A DNA stretch of 64,000 bases from Planctomycetota bacterium (lineage in GTDB: Bacteria; Planctomycetota; Brocadiia; JAADGH01), in contig JBFMAD010000003.1 of assembly GCA_040755855.1 (NCBI GenBank), positions 160,001-224,000 on the forward strand, given 5' to 3'. Position 1 is the first letter of the stretch. Each line of letters opens with the position of its first letter. The notes below the pieces were generated by a model. That model ran no database searches. It was not told where the DNA came from and worked only from the letters and a program-made list of their open reading frames with translations. Positions 19,632 to 28,700 of this stretch are shown here, piece by piece. A program made the translations under genes and the position numbers.

Positions 19632-20213
19632 TCAGCCCGAGATCTGAATAGGTCCCTGTCCGGCCACGAACATCTTGCCCGTCGGGTTGGTATAGACTGC
19701 TTCAACCCAAACAGTGTTCGTTTGGGGATATTGGTTCCAGGCGAGGGATAACCTCCAGCCTCCCAGGGGCCAGCGGCCCCATTCCGCCGAATCAGGCAGC
19801 TTCAGGTCGGTCCAGCTGTAGACCTGCCGTCCCTTGCCGTTAGGCGCCCGTTTGTCGTATTCGTATAGATGCAGGTCCAGGCGGCCGGCGGCTGCCACCG
19901 CTCTGGAACCAATCTTTGTATAGACCGTGCTGCGGATTCCTTCGGGGGTCGGATGACCGTTCGCAGAGTAAGGGGCTGTCAAGGGGCTGATAGAGAAGAA
20001 GGTCACCCGTCGCCCCAGTTTGACAGGGTCGTCTTCCTTGATCCAGGTGACAAGGCTCTTCGGCCCGAAGCCCGGATCCTGGCGTTTGAGGTAGAGAAAA
20101 TAAACGACCGCGGCGATCAGCAAAATAAAGATCAAGCTGAGCAGACCGAGACGACAAGCCGGCTTTTTCAGACCTGTTACATCTTCCGGACAGAGTTCGG
20201 GTTTGTCGCTCAT
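19632..20213 (-). CDS. Hypothetical single-pass membrane protein
   Basis: AGGAG RBS, one TM helix, globular C-terminal domain. Confidence 0.65.
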   Translation of the reverse strand: MSDKPELCPEDVTGLKKPACRLGLLSLIFILLIAAVVYFLYLKRQDPGFGPKSLVTWIKEDDPVKLGRRVTFFSISPLTAPYSANGHPTPEGIRSTVYTKIGSRAVAAAGRLDLHLYEYDKRAPNGKGRQVYSWTDLKLPDSAEWGRWPLGGWRLSLAWNQYPQTNTVWVEAVYTNPTGKMFVAGQGPIQISG

Positions 20214-20542
20214 GGCAGACTCCTTTCTCTTTAACCCCGCGACTTACCCTATGCGCGCCCCGTCCATTTTCCACATTATATCATACGCTAATTGGGAAGT
20301 CAACAACCCGATCAACTGGCCGAGATAATTGAACCCGATAGGACCTGTTGCCCAAATCGCTGTTTTTATGGCTGCGAATGAGAGAGTGTTTGACAAGAGA
20401 ACACCCTCCAAAAACCTCTTAATCAATTCCGGGTAAACTCCAAATCGCTTTGGGGAATCCGCTTGATTCATTTCCGCTCCCCGCATTAGAATACAAAAAT
20501 CCGGCAAGCAATTCGTTGACGTGAACATGAACAGGAGTCGCT

Positions 20543-23500
20543 ATGGTAAAGAATTTGCTGACATTATGTGCAGCCATCAGTCTATACGCGGGGCTTGTCG
20601 CAGGCGACGCTGGCGAAGCGCAGAAGGCGGCGGCGAACATCGTCTCTTCAAGCGGCCTGCCGGGAGGCGTCTGCGTCGTTCTCGGCGGCGAGGATGCCGA
20701 CCTGGCCGTCGCTCTGTCGAAGGAGGGGAAGTTCGTCGTCCAGGCGCTCTATCCCGACAAGGCCCTCGTAGACAAGGCGCGGAAGGCCATCCGATCTGCG
20801 GGCGTTTACGGAACCGTCTCCGCCGAGTTATTCGAAGGCAAGCGCCTGCCCTACACTGACAACCTCGTCAACCTCATAGTGGCAAGTGGAGAGTGGAAAG
20901 TGGAAAGTGGGGAGTGGAGAGTGGAAAGTGGAAAGTGGGGAGTGGCAAGTGATGAGATCATGCGCGTCCTTGCCCCCAACGGCATGGCGTTCTTCACAAA
21001 TCGCCAATCGGAAATCGAAAATCGAAAATTGGTCAAGCCCTGGCCAGCCAACATTGACCAGTGGACGCACTACCTCCACGGCCCGGACGGCAACGCAGTG
21101 GCCCAGGACACGGTCGTCGGTCCCCCGAAGCGTTACCAGTGGATCACCGAGCCGCTGTGGGCGCTCTCCCACGAGACCGACGCGAGCGTGCGCACCCTCG
21201 TCACCGCCGGCGGCAGGCTCTTTGCCATCATCAACGAGGCGCCGATCAGCCTGGAGGGCGATACTCTGCCCGACAAGTGGTTCGTGGTCGCGCGCGACGC
21301 CTTCAACGGCGTGCTCCTCTGGAAGGTCCCGGTCCCGGATTGGGGCTGGCGGCAGTGGAAGAACACCTGGTTCTCCAACCGCCCCGGGGATATTCCTCTG
21401 AACATCCAGAAGCGCCTTGTCGCCGTGGACGACCACGTGTACGTCACCCTGGGCTACCGCGCCCCGGTGAGCGAGCTGGATGCAAAGACAGGCGAGATCC
21501 TCAAGACCTTCAAAGGCACGGAGCGAGCCTCCGAGATCCTCTACCTGGATGGAACACTGGCGCTGACCGTCCTCAGCGACGACGCGGCGAAGGTCATGGC
21601 CGTCAATGCCAAGACCGGCGAGACGATATGGACCACCGAAAAGACCTATGCCGGCACCAAAACGGACTACTACAAATGGACGTCAATGCACGGCAAGGTG
21701 GATGCGCCGAAGGTTGACCCCACACTGAATACCGCCGCCGACGGCAAGGTGGTGGGCCTCCTCGACGGGCTGGATGTGGTGGGCCTCGACTTCAAGACCG
21801 GGAAGGAAATCTGGCGAACCGCATTCCCCGACGAGAAAGAGAACCTGTATCACGGCGGCATGAAGCTGGATTCGCTCTGGGTGGGGACGCTCATCGTGAA
21901 AGATGGCGTCGTCCTCCATGCCAGCCCGAGCAAGCTCGTGGCCTTCGCCGCCGACACGGGACAGGTCAAATGGACCCAGCCGAAGAAGTACATCGGCCAC
22001 CTGTGGTACGCATGGAAGGACGTGTTCGTCATTGACGGTCTCGTCTGGACGTGGAGTGACGAGTTCGGGCAGGGGGCCACCTATTCCATAGTAAGAGATG
22101 GGAAAAAGAGGAACTACAAGACCAACTACCCCGTCACCGTCAACGGCTATGATATCCAGACGGGCGAGGTGAAGAAGAAGGTGGACCTCGGAAACATCTT
22201 CAGCACCTACCACCACCACCGCTGCTACCGCAACAAGGCCACGGTGCGCTACATCCTTGCCAGCCGGCGCGGGACCGAGTTCGTGGACCTCATCAACGGC
22301 AAGCACACGGTGGACAACTGGGTCCGGGGCATCTGCCACGTGGGCATGATGCCGGCGAACGGCCTCCAGTACGTCCCGCCCCATCCCTGCCAGTGCTACA
22401 TAGATGAAAAGCTCAACGGCTTCAACACCCTCGCGCCGGAAGGCCAGAAGTCAGAGGCCAGCGATCAGAAGTCAGAACGCATGGAAAAGGGCCCAGCCTA
22501 CGGTCAAATCCAAAATCCAAAATCACAAATCCAAAATGCTGAGGATTGGCCCGCCTTCCGCCACGACTCCATGCGGTCGGGTTCGACAACGGCCAAGTTG
22601 CCGAAGGACCTGAAACAGACCTGGCGCGTGGAGCTTGGCGGCAAGGTCACCCCGCCGATCGCTGTCGGGGACAAGGTGTTTGTCCCGCTCGTGGACAGGC
22701 ACCATCTCGTCGCGTTGAATGTATCCGACGGGAGCACGGCATGGGAATTCGCCGCAGGCGCGCGGATAGACTCCCCGCCGACCTACCACAACGGGACGGT
22801 CATCTTCGGCTCGACCGACGGATGGGTCTATTGCCTGCGCGCCGCCGACGGCGACCTCGCGTGGCGATTCCGGGCCGCGCCGGAGGAGCGGCGGATGGGC
22901 GCATTCGGGCAACTCGAATCAGTCTGGCCCGTGCCCGGCAGCGTCCTCGTTCAGAACGATGTCGCCTACTTCGTCGCCGGACGGTCGTCGCACTTAGACG
23001 GCGGACTCTACCTTTATGGCCTCGACGCCGCCACGGGCGAGGTGCGCTGCCAGAAGAGGCTCGAAGGGCCGTCCTATACCGCCGAGAACATGGGGGAACA
23101 AAACTATCAACTGCCTATGGGCGCCCTGCCCGATATCCTCGTCGGCGACGGGCAATACGTCTGTATGAGAAACCGGACGTTTGATGCAAAACTTGAGGAA
23201 CAAAAGGCAACGGTTGATCGCCTGCGCGTCCCCGGCGGATTCCTGGACGACAATTACTTCAAGCGCGTGCCGTGGAGTTATGGGAGCCAGAAGACGTGGG
23301 GGCGACTCATCGTCACCCGCGGCGAATCCTTCTACTGCGTGCGGATGTATGACACGCTGCGCGGCCTCGATCCCACGGTTTACTTCACCCCGGGCGAGAA
23401 GGGATACCTGCTCATCGGCTCCTCGAAGGCCGGGCCGTCGCAGATCAAGGTGACCAATTCCAAGAGCCTCAATGTCGCCGGCAAGCCCCTCACCGTCGAG

Positions 23501-24352
23501 GCATGGGTGAAGACCGAGGCCCCCGACGGAGCGATCGTCGCCAAGGGCGGCGCCTCGGCGGGTTTTGCCCTCTCGGTAAAGGACGGCAAGCCGCGGTTCG
23601 AGAACCGCGTGAAGAGCAAGGTGGAATCCGCCGTCGCCGACGAGAACATCGTGGGCAAGTGGGTCCATCTCGTCGGCCAGGTGACGAAGGACAAGCAACT
23701 TCGCATCTACGTAAACGGAAAACTCGCCGGCGAGACCAAGACATCCTCCTATGCCGGGCCGTCGGGCCAAGCGATGGAGATCGGGGCCGACCTCGGCAAT
23801 GAGGCCGGCGACTACAAGTCGCCCTTCCATTTCACCGGCGTTATTGACGAGGTCCGGATGTATTACCGCGAGCTAAGCCCCGAGGAGATTCAGGACCGCT
23901 GCGCGAACCCCGGCCAGGCCCCGGCGAAGGACGACGGCCTGGCGCTCTACTTCTCGTTCGACGACGGCGGTGCAAAGGACCAGTCCGGCAACGGCAACGA
24001 CGGCCAGGCCGAGAATGTGCAGACCGTCGAGGGCACGGTCGGCAAGGCCCTGAAGTTTACCGCCGGTCAAAAGGGCTGGGAGCGCCGCATCCCTGTGCGC
24101 ATCCGGGCCATGGTCGCTGCGGGCGATCTCCTGTTCACCGCCGGGCCGCCGGACGTGGTGGACCCCAAGGACCCCCTCGGCGCGTTCGAGGGGCGCAAGG
24201 GCGGCGTCCTGAACGTCATCGCCGCATCCAACGGCGAGACGCTTTCGGAGATTAAGCTCCCCTCCCCGCCCGTCTTCAACGGCGCGGCGGCCGCGCGTGG
24301 CCGCCTCTACCTCACACTGGAGGACGGCAGCGTCGCGTGCTTTGGGGAATAG
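20543..24352 (+). CDS. Secreted PQQ-like beta-propeller repeat protein with N-terminal SAM-methyltransferase-like domain and inserted LamG domain
   Basis: Signal peptide; LPYTDNLVNLIV..RVLAPNG MTase-like; WTHYLHGPDGN and WPAFRHD propeller starts; ARDAFNG.LLW; LamG TVEAWV...WVHL...IYVNG...IDEVRMY. Confidence 0.85.
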   Translation: MVKNLLTLCAAISLYAGLVAGDAGEAQKAAANIVSSSGLPGGVCVVLGGEDADLAVALSKEGKFVVQALYPDKALVDKARKAIRSAGVYGTVSAELFEGKRLPYTDNLVNLIVASGEWKVESGEWRVESGKWGVASDEIMRVLAPNGMAFFTNRQSEIENRKLVKPWPANIDQWTHYLHGPDGNAVAQDTVVGPPKRYQWITEPLWALSHETDASVRTLVTAGGRLFAIINEAPISLEGDTLPDKWFVVARDAFNGVLLWKVPVPDWGWRQWKNTWFSNRPGDIPLNIQKRLVAVDDHVYVTLGYRAPVSELDAKTGEILKTFKGTERASEILYLDGTLALTVLSDDAAKVMAVNAKTGETIWTTEKTYAGTKTDYYKWTSMHGKVDAPKVDPTLNTAADGKVVGLLDGLDVVGLDFKTGKEIWRTAFPDEKENLYHGGMKLDSLWVGTLIVKDGVVLHASPSKLVAFAADTGQVKWTQPKKYIGHLWYAWKDVFVIDGLVWTWSDEFGQGATYSIVRDGKKRNYKTNYPVTVNGYDIQTGEVKKKVDLGNIFSTYHHHRCYRNKATVRYILASRRGTEFVDLINGKHTVDNWVRGICHVGMMPANGLQYVPPHPCQCYIDEKLNGFNTLAPEGQKSEASDQKSERMEKGPAYGQIQNPKSQIQNAEDWPAFRHDSMRSGSTTAKLPKDLKQTWRVELGGKVTPPIAVGDKVFVPLVDRHHLVALNVSDGSTAWEFAAGARIDSPPTYHNGTVIFGSTDGWVYCLRAADGDLAWRFRAAPEERRMGAFGQLESVWPVPGSVLVQNDVAYFVAGRSSHLDGGLYLYGLDAATGEVRCQKRLEGPSYTAENMGEQNYQLPMGALPDILVGDGQYVCMRNRTFDAKLEEQKATVDRLRVPGGFLDDNYFKRVPWSYGSQKTWGRLIVTRGESFYCVRMYDTLRGLDPTVYFTPGEKGYLLIGSSKAGPSQIKVTNSKSLNVAGKPLTVEAWVKTEAPDGAIVAKGGASAGFALSVKDGKPRFENRVKSKVESAVADENIVGKWVHLVGQVTKDKQLRIYVNGKLAGETKTSSYAGPSGQAMEIGADLGNEAGDYKSPFHFTGVIDEVRMYYRELSPEEIQDRCANPGQAPAKDDGLALYFSFDDGGAKDQSGNGNDGQAENVQTVEGTVGKALKFTAGQKGWERRIPVRIRAMVAAGDLLFTAGPPDVVDPKDPLGAFEGRKGGVLNVIAASNGETLSEIKLPSPPVFNGAAAARGRLYLTLEDGSVACFGE
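20878..20951 (+). repeat. Intragenic heptamer tandem repeat AGTGGNN x10
   Basis: Ten units, with a perfect 28-bp higher-order duplication at 20885-20940. Confidence 0.95.
20999..21026 (+). repeat. Intragenic heptamer repeat AATCGNN x4
   Basis: AATCGCC AATCGGA AATCGAA AATCGAA. Confidence 0.85.
22444..22478 (+). repeat. Intragenic heptamer repeat YCAGNNN x5
   Basis: CCAGAAG TCAGAGG CCAGCGA TCAGAAG TCAGAAC. Confidence 0.75.
22506..22537 (+). repeat. Intragenic heptamer repeat AAATCCA x4.5
   Basis: AAATCCA AAATCCA AAATCAC AAATCCA AAAT. Confidence 0.9.
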
Positions 24353-24360
24353 GAGACGGC

Positions 24361-24501
24361 GGTGTTGTTGAAAAAGTCCCGGAGGTGTCATCCTAAATCC
24401 CGCGCTTCGCGGGATGAAGTATCTCAAACTGGCGAAAGGTTGAGATTCTTCGCTACGCTCAGAATGGCAACCTTGGTCAGAATGGCTTTTTCAACAACCC
24501 C
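24361..24501. mobile_element. MITE-like element with terminal inverted repeats enclosing a REP-like doublet
   Basis: Perfect 13-bp IR GTTGTTGAAAAAG (24364-24376) / CTTTTTCAACAAC (24486-24498). Internal TGTCATCCT...GAAGTATCT and AGATTCTTCGCTACGCTCAGAATGGCA. No transposase. Confidence 0.65.
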
Positions 24502-24656
24502 ACGGCCTCTGGGATGCATTGTTTGGTGCTGGTTTGAGCGAGTCACCGGAAGAGGGGAAAACCCACTTTGCGCCAATAGCGATAAAGGACACAAGTCATG
24601 ACTTCCTGATTCGCAAAGGTATATATAATAATATGAAATTTATATTCTAAAAAGAC

Positions 24657-24685
24657 TTGACAATTTGCCATTATTGGTATATAAT
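24657..24685 (+). promoter_or_regulatory. Perfect-consensus sigma70 promoter
   Basis: TTGACA-N17-TATAAT with an AT-rich upstream tract. Confidence 0.85.
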
Positions 24686-24871
24686 ACCACTAATAGGGTA
24701 GTTTATTCTTCTTGAGATCGCATAGTTCAAGTCATGCGCCGGCTTCCCGCTAGGCGCAGCATCAAGGAAACCCACAGCCAAGGGAGAAAGACCGATGGTG
24801 AGGAGACGCGCCAACGCAATCATCATGATGCTTGCGCCGCCGGCAAAGTTCCCCATCGCCCCCAAAGATTA

Positions 24872-24917
24872 AAAATTACCGAACGAACTCAAAAGGTCAA
24901 AATTACCAAACGAACTC
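24872..24917 (+). repeat. Two 19-bp direct repeats AAAATTACCRAACGAACTC
   Basis: Copies at 24872-24890 and 24899-24917, one mismatch. Confidence 0.85.
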
Positions 24918-24966
24918 CCCGCAAGGTGGATTGATTTGCCCGGGATACAGAGGAAAGAGAAACCAC

Positions 24967-25752
24967 ATGATGGACTTTGATGGAAAGGCCGTCCTGGTCA
25001 CAGGCGCGGCGGGGGCAATCGGCAAGGGCATCGCCGCCGCCTTTTGCGAGGCTGGGGCGAGGGTGTTCATCAGCGACCTGAAACAGGAGGCGGTGGACGC
25101 CGCCGTGAGCGAGATTACCAAAGATGGCGGCGACTGCCGCGGCCTGGCCGCCGACGTGACGAACGAGAGGCAGGCGGCGAAGGTCGTCTCCGCCGCGGCC
25201 TCGGCCTTCGACGGCCGGCTCGACGTGCTCGTCAACGTCGCCGGCGTGACCGGCCAGGGGAAGATCGAGGACCTGACCGAGAAGGAGTGGGACCGCGTCT
25301 TCGCCGTGAACTGCAAGGGCACGTTCCTTTTTATCAAGCACGTCGTCCCGATCATGAAGGCGCAGAAGTCCGGCAAGATCGTCAACTTCTCGTCCAAGTC
25401 GGGCAAGACGGGGTCGGCGCTCCTGAGCCATTACTCGGCGGCGAAGGCGGCGATCATCGGCCTGACCCAGGCGCTGGCCTACGAGCTGGCCGACCACGGC
25501 ATCAACGTGAACTGCATCTGCCCCGGCATCGTGGAGAAGACCGGCGTGTGGAGCGTCCTCGCCGGCGAGTACATGAAGAACCTGAAGCTGACGGAACCCC
25601 AGGTCGTAGAACGGTTTACGTCCAAGGTCCCCCTCAAGCGCCTGACCCGGATTCAGGATGTCGTGGCCGTGACGCTCTTCCTCGCGTCGGAGGGATCGGA
25701 CTACATGACCGGCCAGGCGATCAACGTCACCGGCGGGCGAGAGATGCATTAG
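24967..25752 (+). CDS. Short-chain dehydrogenase/reductase (sugar-alcohol dehydrogenase-like)
   Basis: TGAAGAIG, NVAG, SSKSG, YSAAK, TGQAINVTGG. Confidence 0.92.
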   Translation: MMDFDGKAVLVTGAAGAIGKGIAAAFCEAGARVFISDLKQEAVDAAVSEITKDGGDCRGLAADVTNERQAAKVVSAAASAFDGRLDVLVNVAGVTGQGKIEDLTEKEWDRVFAVNCKGTFLFIKHVVPIMKAQKSGKIVNFSSKSGKTGSALLSHYSAAKAAIIGLTQALAYELADHGINVNCICPGIVEKTGVWSVLAGEYMKNLKLTEPQVVERFTSKVPLKRLTRIQDVVAVTLFLASEGSDYMTGQAINVTGGREMH

Positions 25753-25766
25753 TTAGTCGTACAAGC

Positions 25767-28700
25767 TCACCACGTTATCGAGATGATTGTGTAATCCCGT
25801 TCCGGCAGCGCAATCTGGATTCCGTCCAACGGCTGCGAGATCGCCTCGCCGGTGAATTCGTTCGTCATCTTGAACTCCGCCGGGATGCCGAGGGCCTTCG
25901 CGTCGAGCTTGACCGCTCCCCTTGCAGGTTCCTTCGTCAGGTTTGCGACGATGAGCAGGACAGACTTCCTGCCCTTGTAGGCGCTGGCAATCAACGGCTT
26001 GTCGGCGGCCACCGGCCCGGCCGCCCAGTGCGGGATGAACTCCGCATCGGAGACCCAGAACTTATCCAGGATGCCCCAGAGTTTCTCGATCTCGCCGTCA
26101 TTGATCCATGAGGCCGAACAGGGCACATCGTTGACCGCGCAGCAGGCCAGGAGCGACCGGCTCGGCTTCGTCTCTTCGTCTCGGTACTTCGTCGGCGTGC
26201 CGCGACCGTACTCCGGCAGGAACGTGATGCCCACGCCCTTGATATAGGAATTCAACTCGCTCTGCCAGACCTCGGGCGGGATCTGGTCGGTGTAATACCA
26301 AATGTCCTGCCCAAGCCGCGCGGTATATTGCTCGCCGGGGTACCAGTAATCCGAGAACGAGTGGCACGGCGGCAGGAAGCGGCTGTGCGCATGGTTCACC
26401 AAGATCATGTTGCGCTTATGGAGAGTCTTGTACACGCGCTTGAGCGACTCGCGCAGGGCGAAGATCGGCGCGCCGATGATGCGCTTGCCGAAGGCGTCGC
26501 GCCCGCCGCAGCCGTGGTAGGCATTGTGGCAGACCTCCGGCGAGCAGCAGTCGAAGTAGATGCCGCCGATGGGGTAGTGCTCCGACATCTCGCCGATCCA
26601 CCAGTTGAGCAGGTCGGTGTAGGCGCTGCGAGGGCAGATGGCGATCAGGTCGTAGGTGAGCGTGCCCTTGACGTAGCCGACGAATTTGTGCCCTTCGGAA
26701 TTTCGCCATTCCGAATGATAGAAATTGTAGACCGGATTGTGCGAGGCCATGTAGGTCGGGCAGGAATAGGGGCAGGGTGTGATCTTGCCGTCGTTGTATC
26801 GCTTCAGCGATTCGCGGAATCCGTCCTCGTCGTCCGGCTGGAGATAGGCGTCCTGCTTCAGCCCGCCGCCGCCCCAGCAGATGGACTGCGAGTGGGAGTA
26901 TTTCACCTTGCCGAATCCGCCGAAGTTGAAATTCCGCCAATCCTTTGGCATGGGCTTGGCCGGGGTGGCCTGGATGCCCATCGTGTAGGGGATCGGCTTG
27001 TCAATCGTCGTCGGCGCGGTGATGATGTTGAGCCGCAGCGTCGTGGCCGTATCCCCGCGAGCGATCTGGATCGGCGGCGGCGAGCCGGGATTGTTCCAGT
27101 TCACGTTGCTCTCGGTGAACCAGCACACGCCCAGGCGATGCCCCGTCAGCCAGACGAATCGGTCGAAGGGGAGCTCGATCTTGCCGTCCTTCCATTCCTC
27201 AAGGTAAGGCGTGAGCACGAACTTCGCGTGCTCGTTCGGCGCGGCGATCACGAGGGCGAGATCGGCGACCTCGACCGGCGCATTGACGGGGCTGAGCGTG
27301 AAGTCGCACCGCAGCATCCCGTCGAACTCGATCACGCTCTTCCATTCCATGCGGAGCGCCGTGGACTCCGCAACGCCCTGCAGCGTGGCATGGTCGGGCT
27401 TCGACTCGACCAGATGAATCTCCTTGCACGTCAGCGTTTCCTCGCCGTCCTTCGTCTTGATCTCGAAGGCGATGGGCTGGGCGAGGACGGCCTCGCCCTG
27501 GCTGGTGATCCGGTCCGGGAACGGCCCCGATGCGAAGACATACTCCCGCCCCAAAACCTTGACGGACTTCCCGCTTGCCTCCACCGGCGTCCACGGCTTC
27601 GGGACGGAGTCGTCAATCCCGGCCTTCGCGTCCACCCACGGCGTGGCCGGGCGGGTGAAGTGGACGGCGCTGCGAATCTTCTCCTTGCTCTCCGCGTCAA
27701 TCAGGTTGACGGTCAACATGTATTGCCCCGGGGTGAGCGTGGGGCAGGCAAAGACATAACTCGCCCGAACGCCCTCGATCGGAACGACCTTCTCCAGGAC
27801 GCGCACACCTGCGCTCTCTTCCTCCACAACTACCTTGCACTCGACCTTCCCCGCCTTGATCCGCTCGCGCCACGCCTTCCCCGCATCGTGGGCGTCGAGG
27901 GCGATCTCGATCTCGTTCGTTTGGGTGATCGGGGTCATGTCAATCACGATGGGCGGGCGGGCATAGAACAGCAGGGAGTAGTCCAATAGTTCGCATTTGT
28001 GAATTTTACTGTGCGCCGTCATGCGGAGGAGGCCGGACTGGGCCTTCTCAAACGTGTGCTGGTAGCGATAGAGCCGGGGCCTCGGCTGCTCCGACTCCAC
28101 CTCGATGCGCATGCCGTCGAGCTTCCCTGCGTCGGACAGGTGCTGCGTCAAGACGTCGATCCGGTCTGCCTTCTCATCCGGCGGGTGGAAGCGGGCAACC
28201 ACGTCCATCTCGCCGCGATGAAGTTCGCCAAGTCGCGTGAGTCGAACGGCGGAGATCTTCCCGCCGAAGACGATGGTTCCGAGGTCGCTGCCCTCGGCCT
28301 TCTGCGAAAAGGCCCACGACGAGGCGGTCCCCGTGTCCGCCCACCGGCGGGCGACGTTGAACCGCCATCGGTCGCCGACCTTCGGCGGGTCCAGACCGAG
28401 AACGGCGTACGGGATGACGAGGTGCGACGTCCATCGCCCCGTTTCCTGCGAAAAGAGCTTTACGCCGCCGCTCCAGGTCTTGTCCCCATTCTTGGAATCG
28501 AGGAGAACCTTGTCGCGGTTGAAGACAAACCGATAGATCGCGTCGGCAGTCGGGTACAGGACGACCTCGTGCGTATCGTCCTTCGCCAGGTTGTCTGCGC
28601 CTTCTTTCGCGTTTGCGACGAGGTCGGTAGGCTTGTCGGAAATCACGGCCAGATAAAGGCTTGCATCGTCATACTTTGCGAAGAACTGCGCGCTGCGGTC

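Noticed and set aside
20244..20528. Small minus-strand ORF
   Set aside because: Lies in an AT-rich divergent promoter region with no recognisable motif; cannot be supported.
24734..24934. 66-aa leader peptide
   Set aside because: No RBS; the KITxRT duplication simply reflects the DNA repeat.
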